From: Octopus bimaculoides
Lineage: Eukaryota
Direction: 5' to 3'
Length of the DNA stretch: 45,894 nt
Assembly: GCF_001194135.2 (NCBI RefSeq)
Contig: NC_068983.1
Location: 81,395,938 to 81,441,831, forward strand
A program made the position numbers and the translations under genes. The notes under the pieces were generated by a model. That model was not told where the DNA came from. It saw nothing but the letters and a program-made list of their open reading frames with translations, and did no database searches. Each line of letters begins with the position of its first letter. Position 1 is the first letter of the stretch. Below, piece by piece: positions 37,934-45,894 of the stretch.

Positions 37934-38809
37934 ACAGACAAGCAAATCCTGTCCTTATAGGAGATTATTAACAAGATGGCAAGGAACGGAAGGGAGAAAA
38001 GGTAGTAGAAAAAAGGATTTATATGGTTAAACTATTTATGAACAAAAAGAACATAAAAATAAAATAAAGTATAAACGCGCGCTCGTTTTTATTTTTTTAT
38101 ATTATTTTTGCTCGTCTCAGTTGACGAGAGGGATTAGATATCAAGTTGGAACTATTTTCACATATATAAAAACAGTCCTTAGGGTGAGCAAAAGGAGACA
38201 ACCTCTAGAGGGTTGCTAGACCGGCTAGAAAAAGCAACCAAATCTCCTTCAAGCCATACGCCCTACTTAAAGGGATTCATTGAACAATGCAGTACCGGGG
38301 GAAAATAAATATAACCGGATGGTATAATCTGTTGGGACACAGATCTCCATGGATTAGGGCCAACTTTTGGAACTAAACAAGAGTGGTAAGGTGAAACATA
38401 ATTCACACAACTAAATCATTAAATAAAATATATTTCTTTATTTGTCATAGTTTACTGATTTCAAAAAGAGAATACCGTAAAAATGTTTTTTGGTCGACTT
38501 ATTTTCCCGTATTGGTTTTTAAATGTCTGCGTGAATGATGGAATGTGTTGAAATCGACTCGCATTTAACTTCACAATTTAAACAATAGGTTCTTTTATTT
38601 CATTATATAACTTGCTGGATAGCTTAAAGAATTTTCTTCGCAATGACATTATTCCAGTTTCGATCCCGGAGTGCAAAAACTTGGGCACAATACTTTGTGA
38701 GTGGAATTTGATAGACGGAAACTGTGCAGAAAACAAACACATACACACGTGTGTGCGTGTGTGTGTGTATTGATATTTAGCAGAAGCAACAGCGACTCAA
38801 GGACCATAT

Positions 38810-39156
38810 TTGTTTCGATCATTAGACTACGGTCATACAGAGGCAACGCCTTGGAGTGTTTAGTCGAAGAAATTGACACCAGTCCTTATTCTTTTTAAAA
38901 CCTGGTACTTATTCTTTCGGTTTCTTTTTGCTGGACTGCTAAGTTACGGGAACGTAATCAAACCAACACCAGATGTCAAGCGGTGGTGGAGGACACACAC
39001 ACGCACGACAGACTCATTTTTGTTTCCGTCTACTAAATCAACTCACAAGGCTTTGGTCGGCCCGGGCTACAGTAGAAGACACTTGCCCAAGGTGCCACGC
39101 AGCGAGACTGAACCCGAAACTATGAGATTGGAAAGCAACCTTCTTACCACGCAGCC
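38810..39156 (-). mobile_element. family B SINE (CpG-intact)
   Basis: cacaaggctttggtcggcccggg ... cttgcccaaggtgccacgcagcg ... cttaccacgcagcc. Confidence 0.9.
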
Positions 39157-39220
39157 AAGCTTCTCTCTTTCTCTTTCTCTCTCTCGCTCTCTCTGTGTCT
39201 ATCTCTCTGTCTTATTTTCT

Positions 39221-39295
<75 letters not shown>

Positions 39296-39860
39296 GTGTG
39301 CGCGTGTGTGTGTATAATGAGCTTATAAGCACACATGAAACTCAATGTGTGCGATTGCTCGTTTGTGTTATTGTCTGTTTACAGATGCCTAAAACAAAAT
39401 TCGGTCATTGATCATGTTGTGAGTCTTATGTTTCGTTAACTAGCAGATCGACAAATAGATAAAAATAAAGTTGATAAAAAAAAGCCTACAGTTGTGGCCA
39501 CCCTAACCTTTTTCAGAGGAATATATCCAATATTTGTATTTAAGACTGTAAGGTGTGGTTGTAGCAGTTTTTGGCTGCTATTTCTAGCAGGTCTAGCAAC
39601 CGTGTGAGACACACACACACGCTCTCTCTCTCCCCTTTGGTTTTTGTGTGACCACGGACACTTTTTCTACCATTTCTACCATTATTTTTATATACTTCCT
39701 ATAATCCTGGTCATATCCCGTATTTATTTTTTTATGTTTGTGATGCAAAGAAAAAAAAGAAAGAAAAAGAAGCTTAGCAGGAACTCTTCTCGCCATGCCA
39801 AGTCTGCAGTTCGGTTCCGCTTCCTAGTTATAAGCCATTCCACTTCACTGGCGTCACAAA

Positions 39861-39903
<43 letters not shown>

Positions 39904-39907
39904 TTCT

Positions 39908-40115
39908 TCTAACTTTTGGTACAAGGCCTGCAAGTTTGAAGGGAGGGTTTGGACGATTACCTCGATCCCAGTAACCGATTGGTACTTGTTTTATCGACCC
40001 CGAAATGATGAAAGGCAAAGTCGACCTCGGCGACATTTGAACTCAAAATGGGAAGACGGACGAAGTACCGCTAAGCATGTTGCCCGGTGTGCTAACGATT
40101 CTGCTAGTTCGCTGC
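39908..40115 (-). mobile_element. family A SINE
   Basis: Reverse complement of family A, preceded by an (AAT)n tail at about 39865-39902. Confidence 0.9.
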
Positions 40116-40138
40116 CTCCCATACCAAAAATGATAGTA

Positions 40139-40348
40139 ACAAGGTGGCGAACAGGGAGAAATGTTAGCACGCCGGGCAAAATGCTTAGCGGGTATTTCGC
40201 CAGTCGCTACGTTCTGAGTTCAAATTCCGCCGAGGTCGATTTTGCCTTTCATCCTTTCAGAGTCGATAAATTAAGTACCAAATGCGTACTGGGGTCGATC
40301 TGGCCCCCTCCCCAGAATTTCGGGCCCTGCGCCTAGAGTAGAAAAGAA
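40139..40348 (+). mobile_element. family A SINE
   Basis: aaggtggcga..agg..gaaatgttagcacgccggg ... gagttcaaattccgccgaggtcga ... gtagaaaaga. Confidence 0.9.
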
Positions 40349-40399
40349 TTATAATAGTAATAGCGATTTATTTTTTGATAATGACAATAACAATAATAA

Positions 40400-40613
40400 T
40401 CCCTTCTGTTATAGGCACAAGGGCTGGAATTCAGAGGAGAGGACAAGTCGATTACATCGACCCCAATACTTCAACTGGTACTTAATTTATCGACTCCGAA
40501 AGGATGAAAGGCAGAGTTGACTTCGGCGGAATTTGAACTCTGAAGGTAAAATGGGAAAAAATGTTGCTAAATATTTTGTCCGGCGTGTTATCGATTCTAC
40601 CAGCTGCCGCCTT
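40400..40613 (-). mobile_element. family A SINE
   Basis: Reverse complement of family A, ending cagctgccgcctt. Confidence 0.9.
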
Positions 40614-40620
40614 AGTAGTA

Positions 40621-40647
40621 ATAACAACAACAACAACAACAATAATG

Positions 40648-40693
<46 letters not shown>

Positions 40694-40713
40694 GAAGAAG
40701 AAGAAGAAGAAGA
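40621..40713. repeat. compound (AAC)n-(AAT)n-(AAG)n microsatellite
   Basis: Direct arrays. Confidence 0.95.
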
Positions 40714-41394
40714 AACATTTCAAACAGGCGTTAAGGTGCATGGCCTAGTGATTAGGGCGAAGGCACCATGAGCATAAGATGGTGAGTTCGATTCCTGGTC
40801 CTGGCGATGAGTTTAGCTCAATCTATTCAGCCGCCCGACTCCTAGCCCTCTCTCCCACCAGCTGTTCCTCTGAATGAAGACTGAGACGGCCGAGTGTCTG
40901 TCTGCTTGCGAACTGGACCCAAAACAGCGAAAGCGTGTTACTTGTCACCAAGTCACACTCGCTTGGGAGTGACGGCTAAGCTTCAACATAGGCACAAAAC
41001 ACCATAAATATTATAGAAAGAAACAGTTATTTATACTGTTACCATTACCTGACTGAAACTTTTATGACAATCACAAACAACCATTGGAACTGTGATCGTA
41101 AAGGGACCGAGGTTGTAATTTCTGCCAGGTTAGGCACAAAACTACAAATTTTGGCGAGATGAAACAGTCCATTATATTAACTCTAGTTAGAATTCCACTG
41201 AAACTTTATCAACCCCCAGAGGATGAAAGAGAAGTCGAAAAGAAACGTAATAAAATGCCGTAGTGTCATTTTAACAGCACAGAACGGAATGGAGTTCTGG
41301 ATTAACTTGGCCTGGTAGGTTGAGTGGATTGACCTTAGGTAAAAAAAATGTAAGAAAGGAAAAACAAATACAGACATGTATAGAGAGATGATAA

Positions 41395-41793
41395 TTTCTT
41401 AGATAGCAGTTTGCTTCCAAACGGCATGGTTCCAGGTTCGGTCCCACTGCGTGGCACATTGGCCAGGTGCCTTCTCCTATAGCCTCAGCCGACCAAAGCC
41501 TTGTGAGTGGATTTTGGTAAATGGAAACTGAAAGAAGCTTGTCATATATATATATATATATATATAATATATATATATGTGTGTGTGTGTGTGTATTTGA
41601 GTTTGTCCTTAACACAACTGCTTGACAATCGGTATTGGTGTGTTTACGTCCCCGTAGCTTAGCAGTTCGGCAATAGAGACCCATAGAATAAGTATCGGAT
41701 GTAAAAAATACTACAGAGGTCGAATCATTTGACTGGGATTCAAGTTGGTGCCCCAGCATGATCGCAGTCCGATGACAAAACAAGTAAAAGATA
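41395..41793 (+). mobile_element. family B SINE (diverged, near full length)
   Basis: catggttccaggttcggtcccactgcgtggcac ... gaccaaagccttgtgagtgg ... cccagcatgatcgcagtc. Confidence 0.85.
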
Positions 41794-42296
41794 AACGACG
41801 GACAGATCACAAACGGTGGAGGGGGGGGCATCAGATAATTACATAGATCCACGTATTTGACATATATATATCTTAGTAGTGCGAATCCTGGCGAGATTTG
41901 AACTAAGAATGTACACAGTTCATAAGATTTTTCATGTGAAAACATACTGAAACAACTCGTGGTATTCTGGGAAAACCAGTCTGTCAGTTAAAAAGAAAAC
42001 TTAAAACACACTGGTTTCGACATTTTTTCTCATTTTTAAGGGGTTTTTTTTTCTTTGAAAGATTATGAATAATATATTTGATTCAAGAAATAATAATTTT
42101 AAGACAGGTGAGCCACAAGCAGTGCAAAAGATGTACACACACACACACCGTAGTTAAAAAGTTAAAAGTTTAGTTAGCAATCATTTGAACAAGTGTTCTA
42201 TCCTACTGCGTGGCATGTATATATTTATATATATAATCATGTGTGTCAGTGTGTTTGTGTGTATGTGTGTGTCTACATATACATATATATACATAA

Positions 42297-42359
<63 letters not shown>

Positions 42360-42455
42360 AATACGCGCGCGCACATACACATATATACATATATATATAC
42401 ATATACACAAACACATATATACATATGTATACGCACGTACACACACACACACACG

Positions 42456-42500
<45 letters not shown>

Positions 42501-42764
42501 AACACGCACAGTCACAGGCATGTATGCATACATATGCACACACACACATAAAGAGAGAGCTATGGACACAGACTTCACGCCTGGATACGCAAACGTGCAC
42601 AGAAAATGACACAAATATAAGAATACACACGAAGTTCCATGCATTAACACAGATGTTCAATTCCAAAGAAGACAAAATTAAACGAACCTAACCAATTCCC
42701 AAAACATTAAACAAATTTATTACGCAGCTCAATCACATCACATTTAAGTGTATGTATGTAGGGC

Positions 42765-42835
<71 letters not shown>

Positions 42836-43446
42836 CAAAATACAAACACGTATGTATGTGTGTACGTCTAGCATGCGCATAGTTATGTATCGTGAAAATC
42901 AAATTGACTGGAACTTCAGAATAGATAGAAAATCCCTTTCAATAAGTCACCTAACTACGTAAATGTTGCGTTGTTATTCTTTAATTTTCCTTAAAGTAAA
43001 CTTACATTAGTATGTGCATGGGTGTATGTATGTGTGTGCGAATGCGTGTATATATGTATATGTGTATGTACGTGTGTGTGCGTGTGAATACACACCCTCA
43101 CACCCACATGTATATATAACATGCATATAATTAAGATAGGGATGCATAAACACACAGACAAATGAAACTTGAAGGCAATTTTAGCATGGCAAATTGTGTA
43201 CGTGTGCATGTGCATATATGCAAATATTATTTAGACATCTATCTATCTATCTACCTATCTCTCTCTCTATATATATATATATACGCACTCACACGCATAT
43301 ATGTGTATATACATATATATATATATATTGTATATATTGAATATAAATATATATATACATTATATTTTATGTTTATAACTACATATATGCATTGCACACA
43401 CAATGGGATGTGTGTGTGAGTGTTTGTGTGCGTGCGCACATTCACT

Positions 43447-43493
<47 letters not shown>

Positions 43494-43721
43494 CTATATT
43501 TCATGTTGAGAACAATTTAGGTCTTAATAGACACAAGATGTGATCTATTTCTAGCACATTAATTGTCCACGTTAGTGGTCAACGTTATTTTTTTTTAAAT
43601 GTACCTTAATCCCCTGAGATTGCAGATACTATTTCTGAATCTCTTTGATTCTTTAGATGTGCTGGCCTCCTGATAATTAATCGATATTAATTAATATATG
43701 ATTAATTACCATATTTTATAA

Positions 43722-43839
<118 letters not shown>

Positions 43840-44301
43840 TGTATGTATATATAATCTTTTACTCTTTTACTCGTTTCAGTCATACGGCAGTGGCCATGCT
43901 GAAGCACCACCAAGGTCCTTCTGATTTTTCCAACTTTTGGCTTATTTGGTGCATATATATATTTAATATACATACATATATGATTATAATATATATTTAT
44001 TTTATATAAGTATTTTACAGAAAATATTCAATATATATTTATATACATAACATAAAATATACCTAATATCTATAAGTATATTATAAACATAGGTATACAC
44101 ATTATATACACCTTCCTCCTAAATATAAAATCATGCATATATATATGTATATATATATATATATATATATCAAGTATAGGATAAAATCTTTATAAGAATT
44201 TATCAAGTAGTTAGCGTGAAAAAGCCTCATAAGGGAAAAATCCATCATTTATTCCCTATAAATATATTTATTTATATAAGGGCATTACTATACATAAATA
44301 A

Positions 44302-44334
<33 letters not shown>

Positions 44335-44474
44335 CGTATATAAATATATATATGTATATATACATATATATAAATGTGTGTATATATATATGTATATAAA
44401 TATATGTGTGTATATATGTGTGCGTATGTATATATATATATATATACACACACATACACACACANNNNNNNNNN

Positions 44475-44528
<54 letters not shown>

Positions 44529-45691
44529 CGGCATATATATTCACTAGCACATTATTTAGACAGACACATAGATATCTATACACTCACGCGTATATATACA
44601 CACACATATATACCCACGCACATATATATATATGAATATATGTTTATATGCATATATGTGTATTTATATGTATACACCGTTATATATACATATATACAAT
44701 ATGCATATTTACACATGTACATACGTATATACATATGTATGCATATACATACATGCATACAAATAAATCCAAATATACATAAATACATTACTATATGTGT
44801 GTGTGTGTGTATTTATTCATTTACGCAGGAAATCGGCACCCTTGACACAAGCTTTACTTGCTGATAGTGTTCACCGATCAACAGGTCTTTATAACTATGT
44901 GAATTAAAATAGAATGTAAGAAGCGGCCGGTAGTAGACAGTACATCGCGCTCAGTCTAGAGTATCGTCAATATATGAACCCTGTACTTATTATGTCATTC
45001 ATGTACTTTAAGTATTTCTGTTTGTCTCACTCTCAAGTGATGGGACGACATACATAAGAAAAAAAAAATGTCAGCGGCATTTAGACCGTTGCACTCATAC
45101 ATCTACATACACCCTGAATGACGCAAATGAACCAGTGAATATCTATTTATCTATCTATCTGTCTATTGTGTTGGTGTACGTGTGTGTGTAACGCACGTGC
45201 ACGCGCTCGTCTGTGTGAGCACAGTTTGGAAACCTGGTCCTTCGTGTTCAAACACACGGTGCGGCACATTGAATTACAGACTTTTACAATAGCATCGAGT
45301 TGACTTGAATGCCTTAAGTGAAATTTGGTAGACGATAACTGTTCATAACAGCATCGTGCACACACATACAGACGGCGCATAAGTGTGTTTGTGTGGTGTG
45401 CTTTTACTTCGTTGTAACCTTAACTGCAAAACGAGTGTCGCTTCACACGCTGTTTCTTTAGATCATGTAATCAAGGACTGGAATCGATATTATGATCGAC
45501 TGAAGTTTCGAAAGCAATGGGCTCATCATCGTCACATTCATTCACGCATAATGAAACACACAGGGTGATTCAGAAGCCCCTTACTATTTAAATGATTTAA
45601 ATTTTTTCTTTGCATCTCAACCGCATGTTTCCAGGATTTGAATGGAATTGGTACACAGAAACTGCAAGAAACCCAGTGTGTGTGTGTGTGT

Positions 45692-45780
45692 GTATACATA
45701 CATACATACATACATACATGTATGTATGTATGTATGTATGTATGTATGTATGTATGTATGTATGTATGTATGTATGTATG

Positions 45781-45809
<29 letters not shown>
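45692..45809. repeat. (ATAC)n followed by (GTAT)n microsatellite
   Basis: Direct arrays in opposite orientation. Confidence 0.95.
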
Positions 45810-45811
<2 letters not shown>

Positions 45812-45894
45812 TTGTGTCTAGGGAGAGTCAATCTCTTTCAGTGCCTTATTACTTAACACACTCACCGGTTCGATTTCCACTCATTATATATATA

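Noticed and set aside
40866-40935. ctgaatgaagactgagacggccgag as a degenerate hammerhead
   Set aside because: The core has an insertion, GAAA is replaced by GAGT and stem II is mismatched; not supportable.
5847-41793. tRNA genes
   Set aside because: All A/B-box, tRNA-like segments are SINE heads continuous with SINE bodies and lack an acceptor stem and cloverleaf.
45305-45320. Reverse complement TAAGGCA, resembling the 5' end of miR-124
   Set aside because: Match is only 7 nt and there is no hairpin.

Overview
AT-rich eukaryotic genomic DNA, dense in microsatellites and containing 8 assembly gaps. The repeat repertoire (several tRNA-derived SINE families, very abundant (TA)n/(CA)n/(AAT)n tracts) suggests an octopus/coleoid cephalopod scaffold; that assignment is an inference from memory of these repeats. 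No intact multi-exon gene is recognisable, and almost all listed ORFs are microsatellite or gap artefacts. The window holds many SINE copies in three families plus a fourth repeat, decayed CR1/L2- and RTE-type LINE pieces, a decayed Helitron helicase and several MITE-like foldbacks. Three observations stand out. (1) A 414-bp zero-spacer palindrome (22940-23353) carries a minimal type I hammerhead ribozyme motif in each arm, as seen in Penelope-like retroelements. (2) A non-repetitive, pri-miRNA-shaped hairpin lies at about 15315-15410. (3) A roughly 21-kb central domain has SINE copies with specifically lost CpGs, suggesting a methylated gene body; it contains a candidate 75-nt exon.
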